Position numbers and translations under genes: made by a program
Notes under the pieces: generated by a model
The model's input: only the letters and a program-made list of their open reading frames with translations
The model's database searches: none
What the model was told of the DNA's origin: nothing
Part shown: in pieces, positions 1-14,122 of the stretch
How the letters are laid out: each line of letters begins with the position of its first letter
How positions within the stretch are numbered: the stretch's first letter is position 1
NCBI GenBank assembly: GCA_046563655.1
Contig: CM102289.1
Coordinates: forward strand, 7,688,001 to 7,752,000
Length of the DNA stretch: 64,000 nucleotides
Source: Yuukianura sp. NJ FZ-2021
Lineage: Eukaryota
Direction: 5' to 3'

Positions 1-249
1 TAGTTTCTGTGCAAAATTTGGGTGTGAAAATTTTTGTTAAAGATTTGCTGTTTCTTAGTAACTCGAGAACTGGATTGTGGGGCAAAAAATTTTTGTCAGT
101 GGTAAAATTTTCTATTTTCCTCAAAAAATTTTTTCGTCGGCAGAGCAAAGTAGAAATGTTAATGTTAAGTTGGTAGTAAACGTTATGTAAATTTTTAAAT
201 CAGAAAAATGTATATAAAAACTGATGTAAAAATTTTGAGAAGTTGTTAC

Positions 250-1322
250 CTAGCAACCAGGGAGCCACGGATTCGTCTGTTTCGGTTGACTTGAGAATAG
301 TTTCAGGTAGCGGTAAGGAATGTCTGACCATTGCCCCGTAGAGACCATACTCAGCCATTATTGTGGAACGACCCCAACACTTCTCCGTTTTGCGCCATTT
401 GGCACGCCGATTTTGAAACCAAACCTGGAAGTAGATTTCGGAATAACTATTTACTTAAGTGGCCCGACGTGGCGCTGTGACCTTTGACCTCCATCTCTAA
501 TTTCCTATTGTTACTTTGATTTTTTGGCTACAGTACCTGGATCCTGTCTTCCGGTAAGTCTGTTTTCAAACTAAGCATTTCCCTGGCATAGACGTCTGGA
601 TAATGTGCTTCCTTGAAGGACTTTTCCAGTTCGTCCAATTGGTAGGAAGTGAAGATTGTCCTGTGTCGTCTTTTCTTTTTCTTCTTCTTACTCGTATGCT
701 CTCCCTGATAATTCGGCGGTGGCTGATTGTTGTAATTGAACCCTAATTAAAAAAAAATTCAAGAATAACATTGTGGCTTAAAATCTCCTTCGGTGAAAGC
801 ATAGGAAGATAAGCTAGACCGGCGACGCTTCTGAACAGGCAAAAAGTTTTTAGACTGAAAGTTATCAATTTTTTTTCCATTACATTTTCACTTGTACGTT
901 CATTACAAAATTTCATTTCAAAAAAATTGACTTTAATTTAAAAAGATGTCCTGGTGCCAGACTGTAGTACAATCGTAACTACAACTTTAAAAAATGTTTT
1001 TTTCTTTAAAACTCACAATACAAAAGGAATTGGAAAAATCATCTCTATTTTTTCTATTAGTCTTTTGTCTAACCTTGCCCAACGATTATGCAATTCACAC
1101 AAACTAAAGTTATCTGAATTAGTTCCAAGTTTTACTCAACTCAAAAATCTTACGTTTCAAAAATTTAACCAATTTAATTGCTGGATTAAAATCAGATTGA
1201 CAGTTACCTATGTTATAGTATCCTTTCGTTGAATTCGTTGGCGAGTCATTAAGTCCTAGTAGTTCCTGTATTGCAAATGGAGTCCGTTGTATATAATTCG
1301 TTGCTTCCATTGGTTTGTACAT
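250..1322 (-). CDS. Vsx: Visual system homeobox protein (Vsx/Chx10 family, paired-like homeodomain plus CVC domain); 3' end probably beyond the left edge
   Basis: Exons 1208-1322, 537-742 and 250-424 splice in frame with GT-AG. They encode the octapeptide FAIQELLGL, the homeodomain [57 protein letters not shown] and the CVC domain [30 protein letters not shown]...APWLLG. Confidence 0.95.
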
Positions 1323-4300
1323 TGAACTCCGCTTCACCTCATAACACAACTTATACAAAAACACTAACTACACTTTTACTTAAAATTATCCATTTCGCAC
1401 TAAATGATCTGAACGCAATCAAATATTTCTTCCAACTCTTTCTTTAGAACTCTAACTTTAGCAGTGTTGAAGCTGTGTCAAAAGCACTGAAAGTTAGTAA
1501 TTGCCCCAAGAGTTGTGCAGGTAATTGTGTTGAAATCTGTAGTAAGAGTCTTCCGTCGGTTTGATCCGACTAGTTGAGCCTCTAAAACCTAATTGAGCTA
1601 GTTGTGTTTCTGGTGGTGGCCTGGATAGGATCCCTATAAGTCCTCTTGTGCAGTAGCCTCCTGGTCCCACGGTAGCAAGTTCTTGGGTTCCAAGTGGCGG
1701 GTAGGCATGGCGTTCCCGCATTCTCCGGCTCCCTCATTCTGATTTCGGTAAGATGAAGTGGATGGTTGAAGTGGGCCTTAATGGTTTCCTAGAATTGAGT
1801 CAAGGGAGGGCTTAGCCACCCAAGCCGAAGGAAGGGAGGCGGGTATCCTGGGCGGGAATGAAGGACGTAAGGGCGGGACTTTGAATTTTCCTGTAGAACA
1901 AGCTTGAGGCTTGAGTATCCCGGGGAATAGAACCCGGAAGAATTGAACGGAGGTTGGGGACCATGATTAAGTTTTGATGGTAATGATAAGTGTTGCGTAC
2001 GAAGGAAGAGTTTCTGTGTCGTTGATGGACTCTTGATTGAAAATTGGATTCAAGCGTCCTTAGGGTATAACGTCAACGCTAACGGCCATCATGGTCGCAT
2101 TTTTTGAATTAGGAAGGGGTTGTTCACTTCAGTAAAAGTCTGGAGTGAAAGTCGTAAAAATAAAATTGTAATTGCAAGTTCATTGTGTTAAAGTAGTTAC
2201 TAATTTAAAAAAAATGGAACTGATGAGATTGGAAACAAAGTTGGAAGATGGAGTGAATTTTTTTTGTAGTTTTAGACATAGAGCATTGCGTAAGTGACAA
2301 CATTTTTCAAAGATTTACGCATCGTAAGGAGATTAACTTTTAACTACACTTACATTATGCTGAACTAAAATTTAAGTCTTGATTTTTAGCAAACGAGTAA
2401 GTTGACATCTTTGGGTAGAAGAAGAGAAATGTAAAAATTTGAAGACGCTTTCCATGCATGGCACGACTCGATTAATTTTTCCCTATGCAAAATGCCAGTG
2501 AATAGTTTTTTCATATAACTACTGTGTTAGTTATTGAGAGTAACCTTAAATTAGGTATCGATGTGTACACTTTCCAAATGTTCATAAAGAAATCGACGAA
2601 CACAATTTAGCTAATTCAAAAATGGGGCATTGCGAGACAAATAAAGAACGCTCAAAATACACTTTTCTTTGAAAAAAAAAATGGATGATTTGAAATCAAA
2701 ATAATAATAATTGATCTGTTCGTTTCAATTCGTTATTTGTGTAACTATATTTCAGATTAGACTCCAAATTTGAAATGACCACAAACAGCCCAAGGAAATT
2801 TGGAAATTCGTTCACAATTTTGAAAATGTGGAACACAACTTTCCTTTTTCATGAAATTGTCTAAAGTTGCCGTTTTACCAAATTTTTCGTCTAACTAAAA
2901 GCCAAACTCTACACGTTCACGTAATTTTCTCTTTTTTCACTTTCACAAATGACTTCATTTTCAAATTCAGATTTCCTTTGTCCAAAAATTCCAACTGCTT
3001 CCATGTTGTCTCATTTGTTTAGCCGCCATTTTGAAATGGTTAACAAAGTAAAGTACCAAAGCAGGGGGTACTGTATTGAATTATTCCAATTTCCATTGAA
3101 GTGTTAACAGTCTATTTGAGGCAGATGAGAAAGTTGAAGGAAAAAGTTCAAGCGAATAAACCAACCCCCATCCCAAAACTAAATGTTTTACAAGAAGTAG
3201 CAGTAAATGGCACCGAATTTGACAGCAACGGCAGCAGCGTTAGTGGTCGCTACAACACGTTTGAACAGTAGTGGTCGAACATTGAACAAAAAAATTCTGT
3301 CTCCAATTCCTTGGTTTCCTCTTTCAAAAAACCCCCTAACACAAAAATTTCTTTTTCGAAAAGCAAGTTGCGGAACCAGCAGCAGCATTCCCACCAAAAA
3401 AGTTTTTTTTTAAATTGAAAAAGTTGCGTTGCCTGTCGTCTAAAAAGTATTGTTAGTTGTCTTTTGTTCTGCTTCTGTTAGGTTAACCTAACCATTTTCC
3501 ATTTCCTCCTTGTGATTCTTTTGGATCTGGTTGTGACACTTTAGACATTCCCTATCATCATCCCTTCGTTCCTTTCACAACAGCATGGACTTGTGTACAG
3601 AATGTACAGAAGGCTGGATGTTGAATGTACAGAATGCTTGAATGGACTGATTCTGAAGATGATGATGATGAAAAGGAAAGTAGGCGTGAAGGTCCCCCAC
3701 TACGTTTCGTCAATCGACTTGGGAAGTCTCACAGCAGGGGAAAACAAGCTTAGAAAATTGAAATTACATAATTATTACTTTCTCCACTTTTCCCCTTACA
3801 AATTTACTTTAATTTATTAATTGCTTCTCTTTACTCATATTAATCCAATTTAAAAGAACTGCTGGAGATCCCCTTATACTGGCAGTAGTTTTGTACTGAC
3901 TACTGCCGAGACCGAATCTAATCTACCGAAACGGATCGACTTTTTTCTTTTCCAAAATCCAAAAGGTCCAACGAGATCTAAATTCTCTGGGGACTTCGGA
4001 TCTCATAGATTTAAGCCATAAATTCTCAATTATGAGGAAATGTTAGGTTTATATACATAGTATGTTAGGTTAGACTGTAAGCTTGTAAATGGGGATGTTG
4101 ATATGTCGGGTTTTATCAAATCAAAACGGGACTGGATTCTGGACGTTATGAAACACAAGTATACAAGTTCCCCTTGTCTAATCGGATGGAATAAACCGAA
4201 TCTTCTTCGCATCTGTACACATTTCAGAGAGATCGATTACAAAAGTCGTTATATAAATCTTGGTAAGGAGACTTCGGAGTGACTTGTTTCACCAGTAACT

Positions 4301-4678
4301 TGTTCAGTTAGGCACAAAGTCGACTGGAGAAAGTCGATTTTATAGAAACTTTTCTTTTGTATCACAACAGGCTCCTAACATTGTTAAATTTGTTTTTCAA
4401 AGCGAGTGAAAGTTTTGAAAAAGTTCAAAGTTGAAACAGAAGTTGACTTTGATAGGAAAAAAAAACTTAAAAAAAAAAAACATTCGCGATTTTTTTTTGT
4501 GTGAAATCCAAGTTTTAGGTTTTTTTTCCGAATAAGACTGACTACGATTTCCGCTTTTAGTAAAATTTTAAGCTCTTTTCTAGTAAGTACATTTCAGAAA
4601 GCCATATTTTTGCAACTAATGTTAGCGTAAATCTATACTTATCTATTCAATAAGAATTGTTGAATAATTATTAATCAA

Positions 4679-7600
4679 TTACTTGAGCAGATTTACGAGT
4701 GTGGGGATCATGTCATAACAGGGAAGGAGGAGTCTCACGAATTTGTCACACTCTTGTCTGGGGTGAAAGTGGACAAAATTTTTGACAAAGTAGAAACAGG
4801 CTCCCAAATCGTCATCTTGCTTCGTCGTCGTAGTGCTATTTCGAAGTTGAACAATATATGAATTTATGAAATGACAAATACTTGATAGGAAAGCTAATGT
4901 CGCTTCTTGGTGTAGTTGCATCAAAAATGTTGAAACTCCAATAACAAACGGAACTCCGTCTACTCCTTGTGCTCCCTTACGACTTGTCAGAGTCGCTAGA
5001 ATTTGGAGGAATAATAAATTAGCACAAAATTTTTACTTTTTAAGTTTTCAAACCATATTTTTAAAACTTACAAAGTGTTTTGGAAAATTGGAGTTTCTTG
5101 GTCTGCTGAAGCGTGAAAAGAGCCAGAAGCTGAGCAACGAATTGAATTGGTTTTGAAGTTACATAAATCTTGCTCAATGGCTCATACATCCCGAATGGTT
5201 CCGAGAAAGTTGGAACCTCCGACGCATGCTCAGCAGATCCTTTCCCGTCATTTAGCGAAAGACATAGCAATCTTCAAGAGCATTTCGTATCTTATTACAA
5301 TATAAAACTTTTTTTTTTAATTTTTGTTTTCACTAACTTGTTTGAAACTTTCAAAGAGCAGTACATTTGCTTCGAACTCAAGCTTCCGGAAACCTGAAGC
5401 TGGTACTGGATCCTTCTGCGCAGTAGTTGAAGTTGACCTATGCGCATTAGCACTTGTGGAATGATTGAACGTGCAAAACGCGGCAAGTATGAAACATAAG
5501 AGCTCATTTGTTGGGAAGTGGATGGATACTGAAGTTTGTTGTGAAAGTTACTCAAAAACTCCAAATTAGACGAACTTTCCGATTGGCAAAGTCTGATTAC
5601 TTTCTAAAATCACACAAACGCGAAACAATTAGTTAAAACACAAACGCTCAATTAAAAATTTCCATTTCCGTTTCTTGAAAGCTAAATTTTCAAGGTCACC
5701 TGAAGCTCTGACGAGCAATGGAATGACAGCAATTTATCAACTCCGACGAGTCCAGTAATTCCAATTGCACCTTCCAGCAACTTTGGAGGAAAAAATAATT
5801 TTCAAAATTGAAACCGAAACAAAAAAGTACGGCTTTCATTGCTTAACTTCCAATTTTACCTTGAAAGTGTCTGGTGTCATCATAGGCAGTTGTGTTTTTA
5901 GATCGTACCAAGTACTTGTCTCGTTCAAGTAAATTGTTGACTTAACCTCAGTCAAGGTCAGCAACTCACCCAAAATCTTTCCAAGAAATGTCGCTGCTAG
6001 TGGATCCTCTGACATTGGCAAATGTATAGGAACTTCTTTTGATTGATAAGAAGAATTAAATGGCAGTATTTTCACTTTACGCCAAGCATTTGATTCTTGC
6101 TCAGTTGCAAAGTTCAGTAACCTGCACACTTCTTCCTGGAAGATATTTATGCCATTGGAATTGACGTAGTCTCCAATGTACTCAAAAGAACGACGGATTC
6201 CGTCGATACTTGCAGAGATTTGTTTCAGTTTATACTCCAGTGTAGTTCGTGGTATTGCCAACCCTCCGGTGATTGTCAGGATTAGTTGACGCAGCAGTTC
6301 TTTTCTAATCCCGCGTTCCAGAAGAACTTGAGAGTCAATCCGGATTATACCAACTAAAGTTGTCTTCATCGTCAAAATTCCTTCGGTTAACACCGACATG
6401 TCATGGGTGAGTCGAGCCACCTAGAAAATGCCATCATAAATAGCAACTTATAAACTTTTGAATTCGTAACGAACAATTTTTTTTTCATTTTGAAAATGTA
6501 CCTGATGGCGTGCTTCCAACTGAGCAAAATCTTTGGCTTTGTCTTTGTCTAGACGCGTTGGAAGTTCTTTGACAGAATTTGTTTGCAGTTCAATGATTTC
6601 ATGTAACAGAGAAAACACGGATTCGGGTATTATCTGCAGAACGCTTTGGACGTATGAAACTAGCTCGCCGGAGTAATAGGATGAGACGGATACAAGTTCC
6701 GAGGACTTGGCTTGGTTTAACCGCATCAAAGGAATGTCCATTGCTGAGGCCAGCTAGAAAAAAAAGCGAGCCTTCAGCCTTATAAAGTGCGAAAAAATTT
6801 TAAAAATATGAAAATCGTAATAACAAATTACCTTGAGAAAAACTGCTCGAAGTTTTGAGACAGCTGAAGGGTCTTTTTGAATTAGTTCTCTCATTTGTGG
6901 TGTGTAAATGTCGATAAGGCCGCCCCAAGCATATCCCAGGTCACCGATTATCTGGAGTGTCACTAGCGTATCTAAACACAGGAACAATAGCATGTTTATT
7001 AGTACTTTTCTAAACTAGGTAGTGCGTGCAATTACTACTCACCTTCATTTATGGAACCAGTTCGCAACATTCGATGGAGGCATTCTGTCGTTTCCTTTAC
7101 CCAATCACGTACCTGGGCTTGACTTTCCAAATTATGGTACTCTGCAACGCAAAACAAAAATTCATAAAACGTTTTTTTTAAATACTTGTTGCGGAGTTGT
7201 TTTTTTTTTTTACCAAGCATGTCATTCAAAGCCCGAATAAGTTCAATAATTTTCCGTCCAGAGTAATTCAGTTTCTGGTAATCCAAAGCATCAATCTGTT
7301 TGGATTTTGTCTGAAGCCATTGAGACAGATTTGGATTGGTTGGGACAGTGGTCAATGGCTTGTTGCCACTGAAAACTTCAGCGAGTTCGTCAATTCTTTC
7401 TTTCGCTTCCTTCCGGAAACTCAACCAGTTGGATTCCTTGTCTTTTAGCAACTATTTTCAAGAAAATGAAACAAATTCTTGAAAAAACTAAGGATTGTAC
7501 TTTGTGTTATACCTGGGTGTATAGATTCTTCAAATGGAGTTCCAGTTGAGCAATGTATAGAAGTAGTGTCAATGTCGTTTCAATATCGAAGTTTGTTTCT

Positions 7601-9192
7601 TGCAAAATGTGGTCTCTTGCTTGCCTAGATTTCTTGGTGCTGTATTCTAAATAGACAACAAAATACGTATCAGACTGTTCCAGTGTTATGATAAAAATTG
7701 AGTTTAGAAATGGTTACCCTGGTTTAATGGTGCTGTGTGCAGCATCACCCAACGAAGAGTGACATTACTGTTTTTGAGCAAAGCAATTACTTTATTTGCT
7801 TTTTCCAGGACATTTTCAGAAACAAGGACACCTTCTTTGAGCACCTTCGTCAATTCTTCCAGTAAAGCTTTGATTTTGGTTCCGTTTGTTTTTATAGTAC
7901 TTTTACAAACTTCAAGGGCAGCCCGTGCGGCTCTAAAGCCTTCCCAATAGTCAATCAAGTTCAGGCTGAATCCCATATAAACTGGAACCACGAAATTGTC
8001 GTTGAAAAACTTGTCACAGATTTCTCTCATGGTTGCTGTTTCATTCTGAAGAATTCTTGGCGCAAAGCTCAGAATCACCTGTATAAAATCATAACGTATA
8101 ATGCAAGGACATCATGCTACTTAATGATTAATTTAGACTTACAACAAGCATTGACGCTTGACTTGCAAGGGCCGTAGTTCTATGTTCTGGCAATGGATAA
8201 CTCCCCAGTAAATTATAAACGTCGTCTGAACGTAATCGGCCGATTACCAGTTGAACAAATTCAAAATTGGGTTCGACTCGGCTGGAACAAAATTGAAGTC
8301 AAAATTGGCCAAAATTGATAACAGAAAACAAAAAAGTCACCTAAAGTAATCCTGAGGATAAGTTGGAATCTTCTTTGTCGATCGCAGCAGCTTGCACACA
8401 TCGTCGACATTTGTGTCCGAATGCTGCGAACCAGAGTAACGATAGAAGGATGTCATGATTCTCTCACGCACTGGTCCCTCAAAGTGGTAGTCCACAAGGA
8501 GTAAAATTACACCATACAAATACAGTGATTCAATCTAGTGCAAAATCAACAAAGTCATGAAATTAACGATATTTTATTAAGAACATCAGAGAAATGTTGC
8601 AAACGTTACCAATAGTTGTTTTCCTTCAGTATCTGACAATATTTCTTCCAGTGTCATCTGGATGTAAAATCCCTCCTGTACATCTTCCACGAATTTGTTC
8701 AACCCGATAGCATACTTATAAATATCTTCAAAACATGAATAAAATTCAGACAGGAGATCGATGTAGCTCTCTCGGATTTCGTCGTCCAGGTCTTTGAGCA
8801 CCTAAATTATTGCAAATTACTAATCCAACATGAACATAACAAAGGAACATATCCATTTATCCATAGTACAAGAGCATACAGGATTTTGTTGAATTTTATT
8901 CTCAAATGCTTCTGCCTCAGAAAAGTATCGCAGGTCAACAATGATTTCTCCATACTTTGCCACATCTACCTTCGACTCCAACCTTGAAAAAATTGAACAC
9001 CGTATGTAAAATTAATTGAGTTGTATAAATTGTTTCTATCTATACTTCTATAACCACAAAAACTTACCGGAAAATTGGTGGCAAACTCTCCCTGAGTATA
9101 AACAATTTTGCAATAATTGCATTTCCCTTTGACACAATACTCAACAACGTTTGTCCGCAGAGGTTATTTTCGGCTAAAAAATCAGATGACAT
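4679..9192 (-). CDS. WASHC5: WASH complex subunit 5 (strumpellin), multi-exon
   Basis: N-terminus [28 protein letters not shown]. Internal motifs [84 protein letters not shown] and [17 protein letters not shown] match strumpellin. Confidence 0.95.
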
Positions 9193-9752
9193 TGCAACGA
9201 CCAATTAAAGACAATGTAAAAACAATTGACGATTCTTGGCGATTACTCTCAGTAATGAAAGTTTACAAACAAAAATCAGCTGATATGAACATCTGTAACA
9301 TGTTTTTAAGAATTCGCGGTGTATAGTACCAGCGCTAGGTTAGACCCACCTTATAAACGCGAATGTAATTTGACTGCGTTTGGCTTTTCAACAATGTTGA
9401 TCCCTTGAACCGATTGTTTTTAATTAGGAACTGAATTAATGATTAGCCAAGTCTACAAAATAATTTGTGTTGGGATTAGGTCCAGAATTTCAGGGAGTTT
9501 AAACTCGAAACAAGTATTATTAAAATTTTACTTTATTTCAGAAACGCTATAAAATTTTTGGCTCCAAACCTTGCATTGGTTTGTTTGTGATTTAATATCA
9601 ACAATATAATTTCAATTTACGCTTAACAAAACTGCTCATCACAGTTAGAAAACTACGCACGGCTACTGTTTAGGTTTCAATTAAGTAAAAGTTAACATTG
9701 CGTCATAACTTTGCATTGGATGGAATGAGCTAAAATATAAATTAGTATTGAC

Positions 9753-12749
9753 TTAGGTTCTGTCGCGAGACGGTGATGTCCTAACCCTAGTCGGTGGGTT
9801 ATAGTTCAAATTTTGTCGTAAAATGTATAACGTTAGCAGGACAACTCCAAGAACTCCGAAAATAGCACAGCCTGAAAATTAAAAATTATTGTAAGTTCTG
9901 TTCGCATTAGGGCGTAACATTTAACTTCTGTGATTCCTCTAGTTTCTTACCGCCAACCGAGTAGGCTACCACGTCCTTGTAATACACAACGTTTGCATCT
10001 AAGTTGCAGAAACTTTCAGGACCAGGGGTACCTCTGAATAAGAATTCGTTAAAATTAAAAAGTTGTACCTAAAAATATATATCTTGTGAAGTACTTACGG
10101 ACAAGGCACAAGTGAATCAACCAGTACAATGGCCAATCCGCAGGAAACTTTGTCACAAAAACTCATCGCGCCGTATACAAATGCACCACTTTCAATGTTA
10201 TTTCCAATCAGATCCGCAGTTATGGAAAGACTTGTGACTAGAATCGCCGATGCTCCGGCACCTAAAGAAAAAAACAAATCGAATGAATTTGTTCAGAAAT
10301 AACTTCTAAAGTAACCAAATCATGTTCATGACCACTTTTGCTGTTTTACCAAGAAGAACAGCGACACCATAAATGACATAATTCTTGAGAATCTCAGAGT
10401 TAGGACCATCCCAATTCAAAGTGAGGATAAGTAGACAACCGGTGACTTCTAGTGTCATTCCGAAGGCATAAGAAAGTTGGCGTCCAAAATATTTGTTAAG
10501 TACTTTGACAATAAATGATGTAACGAATCCAGAGATGTACATTGTCAATGGAATGAGAGCCACACTGGTACATTCAATCTGCAGTGAGTCTTGCAGATAA
10601 AACGGAATGTAAACTTGTCCTAAATTGATTGACAAGCGAGTTGACATGTAGATGAAGGCAACCTGTAACAAATAAAATCATATCTAAAAACATTGCGCAA
10701 CTAAAAAGTGATGGTGTTGGAAATTGCGTAACATCTTACGATATATGTCTGCGGTAGAGACAGCCAATCCTTGATGGTCATCACATCTTTGCCAATACTC
10801 AGAGACTTTGTACTGAAAATTGAAGGTTTCGACGTAACTGCAATCTGTGTCGCTTCTTCAATTTCCGAAAGTGCACTTTGCACAATCAGTAGCCTTTCTT
10901 CAACACTGTGTTCGTCGAACAGGGCTCTTTGTGATCCAAAATCATCATCTCGTTGAGATGTCGAAGCAATGCTCGGTCGTGTTCCGATCGAAGACGTTAG
11001 AGCATGCGTTACAAGCTCAGGATCCGAATTTTCTATTATACTCAGACGTCGAATTAGAGCTGTTCGAGAATTAATTTCAGCCACTTTTTCTTTGATGTCT
11101 TTGTCATTCTCTTCTTTGACTCCAAAGTGAAAGAGTAGGGTGGTCATAATTCCAAGGCCGACTGCTGCAACAGAAATAATCTGAAAATTGAACAAATCTG
11201 GTCTGTTTGTTTCCAATTCTTGTGATGTTTGCGGAAGTTTGGAAAAATCTTAAGTTAAAAATACATGATGAGTCACGCATATGCTATGACTCATAAAAGC
11301 TATTGAATGAACATTAAAACTAACCATAAAGGTTCCAGTGTCATCAGTGTCAACTTCACACTTTGCTTTAGACGTTTCTTCCATTTGTTGCTGGCGAAGT
11401 TTGAACCAGGTCATAAGAAAAATGGTAATATTGGCCACGACTGTAAATGCATATCTGAAAATTGAAAATGTCAATTGATTTTGAACATCAATCATGAAAC
11501 AACTGATATTTTGACTTACCGAATAGAAAACAGTTCGGTACGAACAAGTTCATCAGGATGCATCTTTGGAATGATTGCTAAATGAGAAATCTGTACTGAT
11601 GCCCAACCAATTTGAAAGATGGCAATAAATGGTACATAGTAGATGAATTTGGCCAACGCAGAAGTAGCCACAGATCCACCGATTACTGGCGAAAATATAA
11701 ACGGGAAACTGAGTAACACCATGGCTGAACCTAAAAATTAAAAAAAAAAGGATAAAAACTTCAACAATTTTTAAGCACATTTTCGGTTTTTGTTTTACCC
11801 CAAAGGTGCCAAGATTTACAACGACCGTAGTTGTAAGGCCAAATGTTGGTATGGTCCACTTCATACCCAACAAGAGGAGTAGAGATTCCGTCTACAACCT
11901 GAGTTTAAAACGTAATTTTAATCGTTAACTTCACACAAATTGTAGTTCAGTTAGTAAGGCGAGTAACCATTTCACCTGTCCAATGAGCATCAGTGTTCCT
12001 GAAAAAATTCACAAAAAATTCTCAATTCCAGTAAACTGAATTTGTAAACAACGAAAACTCACCGGGAAAGTTATTGATGGTGGTTCCAGTAGTAAAACCG
12101 ACGACTTTTTCAAAGTACAGTAAAAGATACGAAAACCACAGAGCAGCGCAAAGATCATTTTGGAAATGACCGCTTGCAATTGCAAACTTCTGGAACAGAG
12201 TCAGACGAATCGATGGAATCCTTTCAACCGGCGAAATAGTTCCGATTTCCCTGGTTTCTTCATGACGTTCAGGTTCCTTCGTGTTTTCATTCTGAGCAGG
12301 ATTGAGATTTGTGTCGGTTTCGGTATTCGGATTATCATTGTTTTCCGGGAGTGTCTCCCGACTCTGAGGAACCGAATTTCTTGGAACCCTTTGTACTGGA
12401 CTAATAGAACCTGTAAGTAAAGAAAAATTGAATACAAACCTTGAAAGGACTTAGCAGTGCTAAGCGTGTAATTCCCCAAATTTCAGTAGTAAGACATCAC
12501 AAAAAGCCCGAAAGCAACGTCCAGCATCAGCAGTACAAGAAGTTGTTCTTCTTCTTGACCCTCACCTTCTACCACCGTAGGAAGCAAATCTTTGCTCTGG
12601 TTACCGTAAGATCCACTGGCCGTCCCCGGCTGAACTAATGGCGTTTGTACTTCGTCACCTCCAGACAGACGTTCACGGCGCGTTGAGTCCGCGTCCTCCG
12701 ACCCAGACACAGAGTCTTGCCCAGGAACGGTTTCTGGAACACCACCCAT
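9753..12749 (-). CDS. MFSD12: Major facilitator superfamily transporter, MFSD12-like, multi-exon
   Basis: Spliced translation contains [69 protein letters not shown] and [24 protein letters not shown]. Multiple transmembrane segments. Confidence 0.9.
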
Positions 12750-14122
12750 TGCCTGCAAAAGATAAAGTAGATTTTGAATTAGTTGCTTAAAACGAATGTT
12801 GCTGAATGTCTTCTCTAGAACTAGTGAATCCGTTTTTGGGATTTAGGGCAATGCTATCAAAAATCAAAGGTTCTTCCAAGGCGGATGACGCTCAACTGGT
12901 AAAATCCGCCCACATGTAAAAACTCAAACAACACATGTCGGCACTTTTTTCACGTGGTTCGGTCCCAGAAACCGCTCCACTTCAACTATGTAATCTGAAT
13001 AATATCCATATATTATTATTATTATTAAATTATTATTTTAATGCCGGAAACTTACGTTTACACTCGGCATTTACAACATTTATAAGAAAAAAATAAAATA
13101 CGTTATAAACCTTCTGCCTAGTATCCTAGTTTGTGCTAGGTTATTTATAAAATTATATGAATCCGTATCATTATCATATTTATCAAAATCATCAAAAATG
13201 TAGCACGAGTCACTAAAGTGTAAACAAATTAAAAGTTTTGAGCGTTGACTTTACGTTTACATCAGGAACTGGGAGTTCCAGCGAAGACAAACTATAAGTG
13301 TGAAACGGATGCCGATGTTTGAACTCAGCGCTGAATCATATGTTGTTTACTTCGCATTCCTCTCACCACAAGCAAGGAGCAATTTTGTTCTACTCCGACG
13401 TTCCTATTGTTCTTGATTTCACAGAGTTGGACGCGTTCCCTTCAATGTTGTGGCTAATCGTCATCTTCAAATGTCAACATTCCAATTACTAACAGAAAAG
13501 TGTGGTTTTGGGTTCCACTTTAACTTAACTTAACGTAAGTACCATACTGATAAGTTCACTTTTAAAAACAAGTTCATGGAAAAGGGAACGGGGAAGGAAT
13601 CTCCCCGTTTCCAAGAGGAGGGGACAGGAAAGGGGTGATGAATGGTATGTATTGAATTGGGTTATGGTCATAGCAGGGTTACAAGTTGGTTGAATTTCGG
13701 TATGCTGGTGCCAATAGACGACAAAGGGGAATGGAAAGACGTCTTTCGTAGTGTTGAACTCTTCTGATAAAACGAAGCAGGAGACACTGGTTTTCAGCAG
13801 TACAACTTCTCGCAATTAACAATTTTCAAGGGGATTCGTATCACCTTTTTGGTTTTAGTTGAACTGTGTATTACTATTTTCGCAACTTGATTAGTGAATG
13901 CATGCTTTGACTTTCAGGTTTCGCACTCGACTGTCACTAAAAAACATCAGGACCACACGAGAAAAGAAAGGGTAGACTAAACACTTCCAGTCATTCCGTT
14001 AATCGATAAATTAGATGTTAAATGGTTTCGACGTGTTGAAAACTCGGATATGCTGCTAAATGGACGTTTATTTTCAGGAATACGACAAGATCAGTGCTTA
14101 GTAGCAGACACATCTAACGATA

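Noticed and set aside
1400..4600. Short ORFs and purine-rich tracts between Vsx and strumpellin
   Set aside because: No domain similarity or consistent splice structure. This is most simply the upstream regulatory region of the homeobox gene.
13585..13612. GC-rich hairpin GGAACGGGGA...TCCCCGTTTCC in the MFSD12/RING divergent intergenic region
   Set aside because: It is a single short imperfect stem in a purine-rich tract, too short for a pre-miRNA and without other support.
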